Shown: in pieces, positions 1 through 12,976 of the stretch | Layout of the letters: every line of letters starts with the position of its first letter | How positions within the stretch are numbered: the stretch's first letter is position 1 | Origin: Vermamoeba vermiformis | Lineage: Eukaryota | DNA length: 64,000 nucleotides | Reading direction: 5' to 3' | Assembly (NCBI GenBank): GCA_045837725.1 | Contig: JBEWZL010000157.1 | Location: 1 to 64,000, forward strand | The notes under the pieces: generated by a model | Told to the model about the DNA's origin: nothing | The model's input: the letters and a program-made list of their open reading frames with translations, nothing else | The model's database searches: none | Made by a program: the position numbers and the translations under genes

Positions 1-63
1 CATAGCTAATAAATTTTGTTTAATTTGCGGATATTAGACTAACATATCGAGTGTAAATCCAAA

Positions 64-639
64 TTAATATTTTATTATGTAATTTAAAGTCAAGAATGGT
101 TGCATGATCGGATGAGGCTGCGAACCACCAGCATTAGCGGTGTTCGTAACAAAAGGTCCAGGATTGGCTGGTCCATTCGGCCAGACCCATTCGTGATTTC
201 CACCGCCAGGCAACTGATTGTTCATCAACCATAGTGATCCTGTTGTCCCTGGCGAGGGCAATCGCATGTTCAATTGAGGGAGATTCAAAGTGTGATTGTG
301 TGCAGGGAGCTGATCCACAGTTAAAGTATGCGACTCGGATCCACCTTTCGTGCCCAACGTGCGGTTAGTTAATCCAGCGCCTTGGCCCGTTCCAATAATT
401 ACTCTTCCTCGCAGATCTGGTACGTGAGGTGCTTGTGTTCCTGGAGGCGAATATCGTGAACCAAGTATTTGAGCTAGCGTGGCGTATTCAGGATGATTGA
501 CCAAATCAAGTGCTGAGCCGTCGCAAAAAAGCCAACCCCGGGGACAAGTAGTGCCGGCAAAGGGGCAAATAGTACTCTCGGGGATCAGTTGGTTAATTTG
601 TTGTTGAAGGTTTGTTAATGTCGGAGGAGTGTCGCTCAT
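64..639 (-). CDS. Phage tail-collar domain protein (MdpB/microcystin-dependent-like), intronless
   Basis: Motifs ICPFAG..CPRGWLFCDG, PDLRGRVIIGTGQGAGLTNRTLGTKGGSE.HTLT..QLPAHNH and C-terminal GGSQPHPIMQPFLTLNYIIKY match the tail-collar/MdpB pattern; single uninterrupted ORF. Confidence 0.9.
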   Translation of the reverse strand: MSDTPPTLTNLQQQINQLIPESTICPFAGTTCPRGWLFCDGSALDLVNHPEYATLAQILGSRYSPPGTQAPHVPDLRGRVIIGTGQGAGLTNRTLGTKGGSESHTLTVDQLPAHNHTLNLPQLNMRLPSPGTTGSLWLMNNQLPGGGNHEWVWPNGPANPGPFVTNTANAGGSQPHPIMQPFLTLNYIIKY

Positions 640-867
640 GTTGGCAGTTTGATTGAGAATGAGTTATAGCTTCGCTCCTATTTTATATTTTCGATTCTTA
701 GCCACGTGACATGACTTTTCAACTAACTTTCACCCTCGTACTTTGGTCAATTCTTTTTCAAACAGAATACATTTGTTTATTCTTTCAGTCCATGGACTGG
801 TGTAAATTAAAACTTTTCGCTTCAACCATTATTAAACGTTTTTGTATTTACCGCACCAAATTTTACT

Positions 868-1629
868 ATGTTAGCTCTTGCAGGATATCTTCTTGGATCC
901 GGCGTTTCAAAAGCCGGGACTGTTCTCGGGGACAGTATAGTAACAGCCTCGAAGAATGTAGGTTCCGACGTCAGATACGCAGCAGATAGTGTAGGCACCA
1001 AAGCAGCAGAAGGAATGATCAATTCGTCAAAAATTTTAGCCGAAGCAGGACTCAAGGCGACAGATCTCGCAACAAAACAGATCGTACTGGCAATGCTTCA
1101 ATCAGTCGCCGATTTGGGAGACAGAGCTGATCAAATTGTATCAAAATTTGGAGAAGGCAATCTCTTGGCTATTACGCACTTCACCCAAGAATTGGATCGG
1201 ATCTCGCGAGACAGAATGGCCGACATCCACTCAGAATTGAAAAATGCTTTGGATATTCTTAAGAATGAGTCTGCAGAGTGGAGGAATACAGCACAGCAAT
1301 TGCAAGGCACAATTATCACTGCTTCTTTAGGACACGCAGCATTGATTGGCTTCTCTGTCTTAATTTCAGCAGTAGTCCACGCCTTATTAACGAATGACAG
1401 TGCGCCAGCGAAATTTTCAGCATTTTCGCAGTACTTTGGTCAGCTTTTGCTTGGCGCTGTGCCTGTATTCCTCACATTCAAGGTCTTCAAGTACATGTAT
1501 GGTGGATTTGCTCGAGCGAAGGCGGATGCAGACTTGCAATCCCTCCAAATGATGATGATTAGTGCTCAGTTGACTACAGTTCAAGCTCGAGTAGAATCTT
1601 TGGAACAAGAATTACGGCGCATTATGTAA
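868..1629 (+). CDS. Hypothetical membrane protein (Ala/Gly-rich helical N-terminus, two hydrophobic segments, C-terminal coiled coil), intronless
   Basis: 253-aa ATG-started ORF; hydrophobic stretches ALIGFSVLISAVVHALL and LLLGAVPVFLTF; no family recognised. Confidence 0.6.
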   Translation: MLALAGYLLGSGVSKAGTVLGDSIVTASKNVGSDVRYAADSVGTKAAEGMINSSKILAEAGLKATDLATKQIVLAMLQSVADLGDRADQIVSKFGEGNLLAITHFTQELDRISRDRMADIHSELKNALDILKNESAEWRNTAQQLQGTIITASLGHAALIGFSVLISAVVHALLTNDSAPAKFSAFSQYFGQLLLGAVPVFLTFKVFKYMYGGFARAKADADLQSLQMMMISAQLTTVQARVESLEQELRRIM

Positions 1630-1684
1630 ATAGTAAAAAAAATAATAAAAATTGAAAATTTACTCACATCTCTAGTAACAATAT

Positions 1685-4600
1685 TTACACGTCTTCGTAA
1701 AAGATTGAAGGCTTCTTTTTCTTGCCCAACAATCTGGCCCGCAATCTCAAACAGGCCTTGATGAGCTCCATCACCGCAGTGTGCACAATCATCGAAGCAA
1801 TGACTGCAAGCCAATCGTAGCCGTTTAATGGATACAATTCAATTAAATCATTGAATCCAGGCACGTAGATTGACAACACGAGCAATGTCGTCGATAAAAA
1901 GAACGCGCCGATCAGCCATCTGTTGCCGATCAGACCCGTCACGAATATCGATTGCGTTTGAGATCGCGATAAGAACGAGTGCCACAACTGCGTCATTGTC
2001 AGCACGGTGAAGGTCGTTGATCGGGCGTGACGCACGTCATAGCCAAAGTACGTGGTTGTCACGAGCAACACGCCCAAGGCCAGACCTGCCATGGACAGGC
2101 CTTGTGCCACTAATACTAGCGCCGATCTCACCGTGAAAATGCCTTGTTTGGGATTTCTAAGAATGAATTAGCAAATATTTTTCACGGAAGGTGTTTTGTA
2201 GGCTTACCTCGGTTTGCGAGCCATGACATCTTTCTCACTCGGATCAATACCCAACGACATTGCCGGAGGAATATCAGCTGTATTATTATATAAGGTCTCG
2301 GGTACTTATTAATGAAATAGATTTGACTCACCAATGATATTTGCCCAGAGAATTTGAATGGGTGCAAAGGGCACTGGCGCAGCGATGATGACCGCAAGCA
2401 ACATGACGAAGATTTCAGCAGCATTGCACGACAAGAGATACAAAATGAACTTCTTAATGTTGTCGTAGATTCTACGGCCTTCTTGCACGGCATAAGCGAT
2501 GGTCTTAAAGTTGTCGTCGGCCAGTACAATGCTCGCTGACTGCTTCGTAATGTCAGTGCCTGTGATGCCCATGGCAACACCGCAGTCAGCTCGCTTAATG
2601 GCCGGTGCATCATTTACGCCGTCGCCAGTCATCGACACGACCTCATTACGACTCTGCAAGGCTTCAACAATTTGCAACTTGTTGTCAGGTGACACGCGAG
2701 CAAAGACAGTCGGGAACGGGTCCAATGTCTTCAGTTCGCCGGTAGATGTCAACATGTCAATCTGATCGCCTGTCAGCACCGTGGAGTGTTCACTGGCCAG
2801 GCCTAACTTGATTGCAATCGCTTTGGCTGTTGAAGGATGATCGCCAGTGATCATGCAGACACGAATACCTGCTCCTTGACACTACAAGTATCTGGGTTAG
2901 AAGTGTTCTTTTGACTAATCTTTGACCAGGACTTACGCGTGCAATGACTTTAGCGACTTCTTTTCTAGGCGAGTCCATGAGACCAATCAGGCCGACAAAG
3001 TTCAACTGATCTTCGACTTGATTGATGTCCTTAAAGTCGTCGTCGTGCTTCTCGTTGAGGTTAAATGACTTGTACCCAAAAGCAAGAATTCTGAGTCCAT
3101 GTGCGGCCATCTTTGCTGCTTGTTTCTCGACCTTTTCAATCTTATCTTCGAGCGGCTTTTCTTGGCCCTTGGAATGATAGTGCGTGCATTTCTTCAACAA
3201 CGATTCCGGCGCACCTTTAGCGAAACAATAGTACTTGTCGTTGTTCTTATATACGACACTCATTCGCTTTCTTTCGGAGTCAAATGCGAACTCGTTCACG
3301 AACGTGAAACCTTGCTCTTGCGTGAACTTTTCCTTGCCCAGCCCAACTTTGATTGCCGCCAAGTGCAATGCGATTTCTACAAGACACTTAGCCTTGATAT
3401 ATTATATTAATATGGCTTTAAAGTACCTGTGGGGTCGCCAGTCATGGCCACAACGCCGTTGTCATCTTCCATCCAGCCAGTATTGTTGCACAATGCAGCG
3501 CCCATGAGCAACAGCTGCAAGTACTCAGGCACATTGACACGCGTGATCTCGACCTTGTCACCGTTCTTCAAGGTCCGCGTGATCTTGCTCGAGGTGTCGG
3601 TGTGGTCCATTGATCGGCCTTTGATGCGGTACTCGTGGCCTCCGACCCAGATCTTCGTCGCTCTCATTTTACCTTCCGTAAGCGTGCCGGTCTGTAATCA
3701 CAGTAAATCAATAATTCTCAGAATGTTACTGGTAAGACGCACCTTGTCCGAGCAAATAGTCGTGATGCTGCCCAATGTCTCAACAGCGTGCAATTTTCTC
3801 ACGACAACGTTGTGCTTGGCCATGCGCGAGACACCAATGGCCATGGTGACAGTAGTGACAGCGACGAGGCCTTCAGGAATGACTGACACCGCGAGACTGA
3901 TGCCGACACGCAGCATGTCGAGCCAGTAGTTGCCACGAGCAAAGCCGATCACCACGATCAACACGCACAAGACTACAGAGACTATTACGAGCCACAAGCC
4001 GAGTCGCGTGAGTCTCTTTTGCAGCGGAGTTCGTGGTGTCTTGGCTTTGGACAAGCGCAGCGAGATTTTGCCCATCTCAGTGTGCTCGGCTGTGGCGACC
4101 ACTATACCTTTGCCGCGACCTTTCACGACCATAGTAGACATGTAGCCCATGTTGAATCTATGAGGACGTTAATACTGGGTCAATTTGAGTTGGTTGTGGG
4201 TCGTACCTGTCACCAATAGGAAGTCGCTTGGTAGTGATTTGCTTCGTGCTTTTTTCGACGGCCGTAGACTCGCCTGTCAAAATTGATTCCACTACTTGCA
4301 AGTTAACGGCCTCACCTAAAGATATGCGTTAGTATTATGGTATTAGGGAGCTACTATTCACGTACATAGTCTGAGATCTGCTGGTACTTGCGCGCCTTCA
4401 TCGAGCAGTACTATATCGCCAGGCACTAACTCCGCAGCGACGATAATAGACACTTCGCCATCTCTCAATACCTTAGCTACCATATACTTCGTTAGACATG
4501 CCATTTCCAACGAAATTTCCTTACCTTGAGGCACATCCAGCTTGAGCAAAGAGTTCAAAGCTTTCTCGGCTCTATACTCTTGGGTAAAGCCAATGATGAC

Positions 4601-5737
4601 GTTGATTATAATGACTGTAGCAAGGGCTACCGTAGCTTTGTAATCTCCAATGCCTGCACTAGCTGCAGCGGCCGCAGCCAAAATGATAATCATCAGATCT
4701 TTGACTTGGTTCCATAAAATTTTCTTTAGAACAATTAGTAATGCTTCACGTAACACTTTCATGCCATTCTTACCCAAATGCTCTTTGGTTTTGCACGAGG
4801 AAGTAGATTTGATCCGTACTTCTCGCGTCGGGCAGGAATTTCAGACTCAGCCAGGCCCTTCTCAATAGACGTCTTGAATATGTTGACCGCAGTATCAACA
4901 TCTACATCATAGTAGGTCGCTGGAGGAAGAGTTAGTTACCTTTTCGGATCCAGTACGCGATCATTCAAGTTACTTACGAGCAGCTTGGATCAGCTTTTGA
5001 TCTTCCTCCGACATGTTCGGTAGTATGACGCTATTCTCAATGATCGACTTCATGTCTTTGAGCTTCTTTTCGACGTCGTTTACATCGTTAGGAATGAAGT
5101 TCTTCAGCTTGGAGTACTTAGAGAAGGATTGCTGAATGAAATAGACGAATTTTAGGGCCACTAATGAGTGTTCCTCGCCCATGTCGAGAACGTGCTTTTG
5201 AAGCTTCATTTGGCGCAGTTCTCCGACATTCTTCGACTCGATCGCAGTTCTGATCTCTTCGACTACGAAATTGAATCACGATTAGCATAGCGGCCAGAGA
5301 TTCTTTTGGTTAAATTTAGCTCAAATTGAAAGTTTGAAATTTCTAATCATTTCTTGTTTAATCGAAAATAAGCCGGATGTGGGCCGCATACCTTTTTGAG
5401 CGTATTCAAAGAGAACTACAAGGGCCAATTGCGAGTCTTGATTGAGCTGTCCTTTGACCTTGCTCTCGCGTTTGCCAATAGCTCGAATCAATACATCTAC
5501 AAGCGCGGATGCAGTCTGCGCATCAACACGTTCGATGCCGCTGTTGTGGATCAGCCAATTGCGTAGATTGGATAACGAACTGCGGGAGACATTTTCCGAT
5601 AGTGCTAATACTAATTGTTGAAACTGGCTAGCTTTGGTTTCTTTTTGCTCTTCGACCAGAAGAGAGAAGCTTTTTCGATCCGGTGTAGGAGATCCGATGC
5701 CGCGTCTTTTAGAAGAGGTAGGTGACCGAATGTCCAT
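1685..5737 (-). CDS. P-type cation ATPase, type II (most like IID/ENA Na+/K+ efflux pumps), multi-exon, with long N-terminal extension
   Basis: TGES, IPEGL, DKTGTLT (across an intron), KGAPE, MITGD, GDGVNDAPA, ILWANIIADIPPAMSLG; upstream exons 5737-5392 and 5262-4978 splice in frame; start codon uncertain. Confidence 0.9.
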
Positions 5738-6174
5738 CCAATAGCAAAAGGTGTTGTTATTGTCAATAATAAACAAAACTGGACAGCCTTTTTGGTTTTT
5801 ATAGCCGATCGCGCGAACATCGCACGTGCTTGAGTGTAAAACTCGTTGAAGATTCGGCATTTACTCACCAAACCATATGATACGACGTTTGAGAGTAATT
5901 ATAAGCTTACTTATCGCTTGGACAAAAAAAATGGAATGCAAATCCGGTGTTTGGAAAACATCGAGAAAACTCGCCTTTCATAAGCGAATATAATAATTAT
6001 GAGATGAAATTATCGTTATTGTAGTGAATTAGCACGATATTTATGCATATTATTAAGCTAAAGTGTTATTTATTATCACACGGTGCGGATCGATAAAGCT
6101 AATCCGCATTAAAATTTGCTTGAGAAATCAGTGCATTATTAAGCAAATATACTATTGTATCATATGCATTATAA

Positions 6175-6693
6175 TTAAGCGACTAAGCTGACCTTCTTGC
6201 CAGTCTTTTGAATAGCAGCCAACATAACGTCGCTGGGCGCAGTACCAGTCACGAAAACTTTTTGCTTCTCGAGGTCAGTCTTAACATCGGCAACGCCTAT
6301 AATATTATCATTACTATAAATACAATGACGGAGTTGTTATAGGCCGTTTGTTTCGAAAATGACGTCAAAATATACGAAAATGATAATCTTGCAATTAAGC
6401 GAGTAATTCTGGTTAAAAATAATTATATTATTTCGTACATAATTTTACAATTAATGTCATAATAAAAATAATGATAATACCCCGAGTAAATATTGCGGGT
6501 TGGAATCTTACCTTCAACTTTCTTAAGCGCACCAGTGACGACTTTAGCGCAGCCACCGCAGCTCATTTCAACATTAAATTCGGTTTCCTATAATAAATAA
6601 ACGTTTATTACGTTGAATTGCAGATCAACCAAATAGGTTCGTTGATCGATGGTAATAAAATTAGATTATAGTTATACGTACTTTGCTAGCCAT
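6175..6693 (-). CDS. ATX1: Atx1/ATOX1-type copper chaperone (HMA domain), 3 exons
   Basis: Spliced product MASKETEFNVEMSCGGCAKVVTGALKKVEGVADVKTDLEKQKVFVTGTAPSDVMLAAIQKTGKKVSLVA; MxCxxC and KTGK motifs; absent from the ORF track. Confidence 0.92.
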
Positions 6694-6999
6694 GTTGCTT
6701 ATGTTTTTCTTATTGAGTTTGAATTGAAACAATTTGAACTCGTGGCTTTTTATGTCCGTCGACACGTGGCGGTCGCCGCCAAAGATTTTGTTTATATTCC
6801 GCCTTGGGGTTAGCGGCGCAAGGTCTCAGATTATAGTCGTAATTTTCGTGACGTCATCAACATTCGAGTTCAAGCCAGAGATCATCAAAATAATAGCTTA
6901 AAACCTGCTTTACGTACTGTACTAAGTCTCTTGCTTTTATGTTCTAAAGATAAGGCTATTTATTACAATCGCTAGTACTTTCAACTAATCAGATCCACT

Positions 7000-9673
7000 T
7001 CACTTGGAAGGCAGGAACACTTTGCTTTCACCGTTGTCGAGGAACACTTGGAATTGGTTGTTAGCCACGACAACGCAGTCTGAAGGATAGAACCTAATAC
7101 AATATTAGTCTTAATAAATGCATACATATTAATCTATGCATAGAACTTACAAATTGCACAACTTTTGACCGTTCTTGTACGGATGGTACGTGATCGTGCG
7201 AATAACTTGAGGACCGTTTTGACCAACGTTAGTTACAGCGACAAAGTACTGGCCACGAGTATAGGCGTAGAAATAATCATCGGCGTAGCGTTGTACTTGG
7301 TCGTAGTTCCATAATTGGGCTTGTTTTCTGAAAATCAAAATTAGATTCCGATCTCGTCGTACTAAATTTTGAATTGCTTACCTGAAAGCAACAAGAGTCT
7401 TAATATGAGTATAGAGGCCAGTATTAGTGTTGTATCCGCTAGTCCAAAGAGGCTCTCGATTGTTCGGGTCGTTTCCACCAGCATAGCCTTGTTCGGTGCC
7501 GTAGTAAATAATAGGAATGCCAATAGCAGTAATAACGTAGGTCAAAGCGTTCTTGTAAGCCACGTGATCAGGGTTAGAGTTCAAGAATCGTTGGTGATCG
7601 TGATTATCGATGAAGGTGCCTAAGACGGACAGATCCGCAAAAGCAGCTTTGTATGAAGCCAAAACACCTTCTAATTGATGGAAAGAATTCTTATAAGCAA
7701 AGCAGCCCATGAGAGTGAAGTAGAGCGGGTAACTGAGCACTGAATCCAAGGGGCCTTGGTAGCTAGCCACGTAGTTGACGTCGCCGTTGTAGACTTCTCC
7801 AATAGCGAATACTCCAGCCTTTTGATTGAAGTCGTACCAGAATTTCTTGCTGTAATCAAATGGCGTATTAGTCAAGCTGAAATTTAAGAATTTTAATTTA
7901 TCCATCCAGATCCACCGTTACACGAGCTTAGACCGCTCGTTAACCGAATAATTGAATCGAATGTATTATTTTTGTCATAAAGACTATGTAAATAAGCCAT
8001 TTTCAGGCAATACTATAAGTAAGATCTGATTCTTCTTGGATACTTACGCGACTTCAGGGACGGTGTCGATACGAAGACCATCAAACTTGTATTGCGCTAC
8101 CAAATTAGAGATCCAGTTGTACAAGAAGCTAGCGACAATTGGGTTGGTTTGATTCAGATCGGGCAAGCCAGACAATCGACAAAGCTCTACTTGTTGCTGA
8201 TTATTGAAGTCTTGAATTTGGCAGCCATTCGGACAATTGTTGCAATCATGATAGTAGCTCTGTTGATTAAACGGCACAATGCTAGAGTAATCATAGCCGA
8301 CTGGTCCCACGTGATTTCCGACCACATCCACCATAACCCAAACACCGTTATTGTGCGCTGTAGTCACCATGGAAGACAAATCGGAGCTAGATCCGAAATG
8401 GTCATTAACTTTGTTTAAATTGCGCATCCAATAGCCGTGATAGCCGCCAGGTGTGTTGTCCACAACTGGTGAGATCCAGATCGCATCGAAACCCATGCCA
8501 GTAATGTAATCAATATTGTTCGAAATGCCTGTATTAATAATAATTGTTAGTAACAGTATTGATAATAATAAAACTGATTGATTTGAAGCGACAGGAAAAT
8601 GCCTAATTTAGAAATATCGGCTACGACTTTGAGACCGACAGACTCGGCTGAGAATACAAAATTTGTGCTGCTAGAATATCATTTTGTAGTGCTCGTCAGT
8701 GCATAGAGCAACACGACTCGACTGAATTGAAAGAATGAATTGGCTGGTCAGAATGTCATTATTAAATGCTCGACATGACGCGCCGACTGATTGACTACCG
8801 AATTCAACAATGAAAATAGTACTATTGTGCATATATCATATATTATGAGGTAAGCTTTCAATAGGATCAAAGTGCTATAAATGAAGGAAATTGTAATGGT
8901 ATTATTTTCGTGGCCACGAACGTTTATACTCCATTTGTTCGAGTGTCATCTATTGTTTATCTCAGTTGTTCTATATTATTAATATAGTACTAATATGATT
9001 GACAATTGATAGGGATAGTACGCAGCGTAGGCGTCTTGTTCGTTCGAACATTCCAAACCGAGGTCTGAAAGTCAATCTCGCGTGTGAATTATGCGCATAT
9101 CTCAAGCATATGTCATAAGAAAAGTTCATATACGATTTACACCCATGAAATATGCTTCTGATGGCGCATGAAATAACGATCAAATTTTGGATCCGAGTTT
9201 AAATGGAATTTCGCAACCGCTAAAGATGAAAATATGATGGTTACGGGCTTACCCTTCCATGTTCCACCGCAATAAGTTGAAATATCAGCGCAAGGAGAGG
9301 TAGAACCGTCAGTTCGTGCAAATCTGTCAGTCAGAAGCTATTTAAAGGTCAGTATCTAGAACTCATATTTTTAACGTTAAGAATATTGACCTTTGCGTGT
9401 ATTATATATGAAAAAATATGATCATATTGAATTTGGAATTTTTGTTAATAAAATCGAATTATCTTTTGAACGGTCAATAATTGCAACATTAGAATTTGTT
9501 CTAAACAGGCTGCTTTAAGCATAATAGATTGCCGTTGAATAATTTACAATGCTCTTTAAACTTACTTGGTAAATTGTTTTTGATCTCCAAGCAGGCGAAG
9601 ATGCACCAGAGCACATCTGGGCTAAAAGCAAGAAGACAAAGCTCAAGCCAATAGTTTGCTTACACCGAGTCAT
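7000..9673 (-). CDS. Secreted alpha-amylase, GH13 (Taka-amylase-like)
   Basis: Signal peptide then WRSKTIYQLLTDRFAR, GFDAIWISP, YHGYW, DVVGNH, DGLRIDTV, IGEVY, FIDNHD, GIPIIYYGTEQ, DPNNREPLW. Confidence 0.95.
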
Positions 9674-9985
9674 TGTCGTCGTCTTCGCAATTTAATTTGA
9701 AAATGGCTCAACCACGAAGCCAAAGATTTTTGTCTGTCTCAACAGAATTAGTTGATAGAAGTTTCTCCCGCGCCACCAATAATAGTACTGAACATCCTAA
9801 AATAGGAAATAGAACCTTCTCCTAAAGAACATCACGTTACCGCAGCAACTAGAATATTCTCCCGGCATCTTGAGCGTACTTTTTGTCGCGAGGTTCATTC
9901 TGCATCAATCACATTGCGCAATGCCTAGGCTCTTGAAAATTCAAGGAATATTTATTATAGGATGTAAAGCATCTTGTTTAGTTGT

Positions 9986-11699
9986 TTACAGCTGAGGGCA
10001 AGAAGACAAAGGACCAAAGCCGACTTGCTGGTTGTTACGATCGAAGACAACGTGGTATCTGCGCATGAAAACATCGCCCAAAATAATGCCGAGGTTGGCT
10101 ATAAACAAATTTGTCGTTAGCTAGTGCCAAAGAAGGCTCACAAAAGTAAGCAGGTCTTCATTGAAATCCTGTTTGGATCGCAGTACGAATCTTGTTACAA
10201 AACTTACCAGTTTGAATACCAAGGCAGTAGTAACCAGGCTGACCAGCACCTTCCCACAAATAATCAATAGGAAGAATAGGCAAGTCACCAGCACCGTCGA
10301 GAGTGATAGTGATGTTGGGGTACATAGCAATATCCTTTTGCGTCATTTGGAAGCATTGATTGTCGAACAAAGTGTTACCAGGCTTTTCATCGCAAATGCC
10401 CTTGAGCTTGGTGGTAGGACAGTACGAGTAGAACAACTTCTTGATCGCATCCATCTCTTCTTGTTCAACGACCAAGAGGGTAGTACCAGAGTCAACAATG
10501 ACCTAAAAATAAATTATTATTATCATATTCATAATAACTGCAATCAGCTTACGTTATCAGTGTTAAGATCTGAAGCAGAAATACCCAAGGATGTGTTGCC
10601 AATCTTGATATCGTCGAGCCACACTAAATAGAAGTATATGATTAGTTTATGCATTATTGTACCATAGCCCACGAGCCTTACCAACAAACCAGTTCTGAGT
10701 TTGAATCGAAGTCCATTTGAAGCGAGGATCTTTGCTCCAATCAGTGCCCATGCCCAACACACCGCCGTCGTTGTAGAGGCACATTGAGAACGAATCGTAA
10801 AGGCTGTAATCCATCATGTAGTGGTACCACACTGAGTGACCGTTCCAGCCACTGAGCTCTTGGTAAGCAAAACCCCAGATACCATCAACACCAGTCTGGA
10901 ACGAATTGTTAGCCACGCGAACATGACAGATCGAGAAAATCCAATTTTTCGCAGGATAGTTTAAAGTCAATATTAGATATACTTACGGCTTCGAAATTAT
11001 CGAGGCCATCGACTTCAGTAATAACACCGATAGGAACAGCGCTTTGAGTCGGCCATCCGTTGATCGAAAAAATGTCGGTATCCAAATAGCCCTTAATAGA
11101 AGCGCCACCACCGTATTGATCTTCCCATGTGCAAGAGAATCCATCGCAGCTAAAAATCAAATGAGTTTAGTACCGCTAATTCAACTGATCTTTCTCGTGA
11201 ACTTTCGAAAGTTGGACGTACTTGCCGGAGTTCATGCAGAGGTACTGAGAGTCCGAGCAAGTCTGAGTAGCGTAGGTCGAGGACTTGGTATCATCGTATC
11301 TATTAACGCTCTTGCCGCAAGAAGTGCACGTAGCACCGTACACAACAAGATCCGTTGAACCTAAAAGAAAATAATCAGAAAAATTGTACCGATATCACCA
11401 AAATACCTCATATAATCAGTATTTAGTATTTACGTCCGTAATCAGACGACAATAATTTTTGTACTGCACGGAAACGTACCGGTATCGATCTGCAAGTACA
11501 AAGGCTGAGGAGGAGTGCCCAAACCAACCTTAGCGAAGAACTCTCCCCAATAAGTCATATTGCCGAGCAAAGGATAGTTCTTTCCGCCTTGAGCAGTCAA
11601 TTTATTCGTTTTTCTAGCAATGAGCGGGACGTTGATCTTAGCTTCGTAGAGCGCAGCGCTCACGAGCACCACTAATAGAACAACACTAATTAATTTCAT
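9986..11699 (-). CDS. Secreted pepsin-like aspartic protease (A1)
   Basis: Signal peptide; GEFFAKVGLGTPPQ..LQIDTGS; second catalytic motif VIVDSGT; DGIWGFAY; IIFGDVFMRRYHVVFDRNNQQVGF. Confidence 0.92.
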
Positions 11700-12976
11700 T
11701 GTTGCGTTGTATCTCGTAGAACAGAAAATACTAATAAGCTCTGTAACTTGTACAAAACTTTTCGCGGTTCAGTGAATTTCAAACAGGCACGTACCTGATC
11801 GTGCAACTGAGGCAGCGCAATGAGACAAGACCAACAAAGGGATAGTTCGGAACAACAAAATTTATTTTCGTTAATTAGCTTCAAGATCGGTACCCACATT
11901 CAAGGCATCCGATCGGGATTTGCAAGCGTCACTGAGCAGGTTTCACGTTATGATTTACAGCAGGACATGGCGGTGGTATGCGAGCGTATACTATCTGTGT
12001 ACACGTTGCGCAGCTTGGCCAATAGTCGGGCTTGAGGAGATCTCATCGTGCATCAACAATCTTGAAGGAAGTTAGATAGAGATACTTGAGTAATTGATGT
12101 AAGCATGTGCGAGTAACAATTGCAAGATATAATTTCAAAAAGGAATCGAGTTAAAGAGAAATAGATATCGCGTCCGTAAGTAAGATCGGCACTTATAAGG
12201 GAAATGCGATCAGTCGCAGGACGCTTAGTGTCTATGATAACATATTGCAGTGTATATCAAACAATATTTACCTTCGTTGCTAGCCGAGGACTGGACATCT
12301 AGAACTTGGCACCGAATCTTGCTTGGATAGCACGCTAGAATTTTAAAAATTAGATACCTTGATGCAAAACAGTAGAGAGTAATATAAAAAGGTTGAAATC
12401 AGGTCAGCAGAATTATTTGAAAAATGATCAAGAGAATCTCATCTTCAAAAAAAAAATCTCTTCGTTACTTACGTTACGTGATATAGAACGTCTAGACTAG
12501 CTACGTGAACAGTTCGAAAACTATTCGGTGACATGCAGTGCAGCATGCAACAGAGTAGCAGTTCGTCCTGGACACGGGCTGGTATTGCCGCATGCGCGGG
12601 TTCGAGAGAAGTCAACACAACGGACTATCCAGATAATCACATCAGGAGTAGTCTTGTGGTATGTTGATGAGGTATGGAGGAATAATAGATTGAAATGGCG
12701 GAGTGCAAAAAATTAATCGTGCTGCGTAAAAGTTTTTCCGAAGGAATAAGCCCCAAAATAATACTTAGCACAACTTTCTTTGTGTGCGGAGTACACAGAC
12801 CTCTTGTAGATTTGATAGATCGATTACAGCTGATCTTTTCGTTATTTTCACCTTGCAGCAGTTCACTGAATTTTCGATCAACTCTCGGTTTCGTATTTTT
12901 GTGCGTTCGCGTCTAAAATCAACCAGATCAATTTACTAAGCGATCAGAACACGACAATAAGGCCTCTCGTGTGCTG

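Noticed and set aside
1685-6693. Copper-handling pair of Atx1 chaperone plus adjacent P-type ATPase
   Set aside because: The ATPase has PEGL and type II motifs, with no CPC or HMA domain, so it is not a P1B copper pump
11700-12976. Hidden gene or tRNA in the 1.3-kb spacer (GGTTCGA near 12599; exon-like block 12271-12334)
   Set aside because: No cloverleaf pairing and no convincing spliced ORF; may be UTR exons
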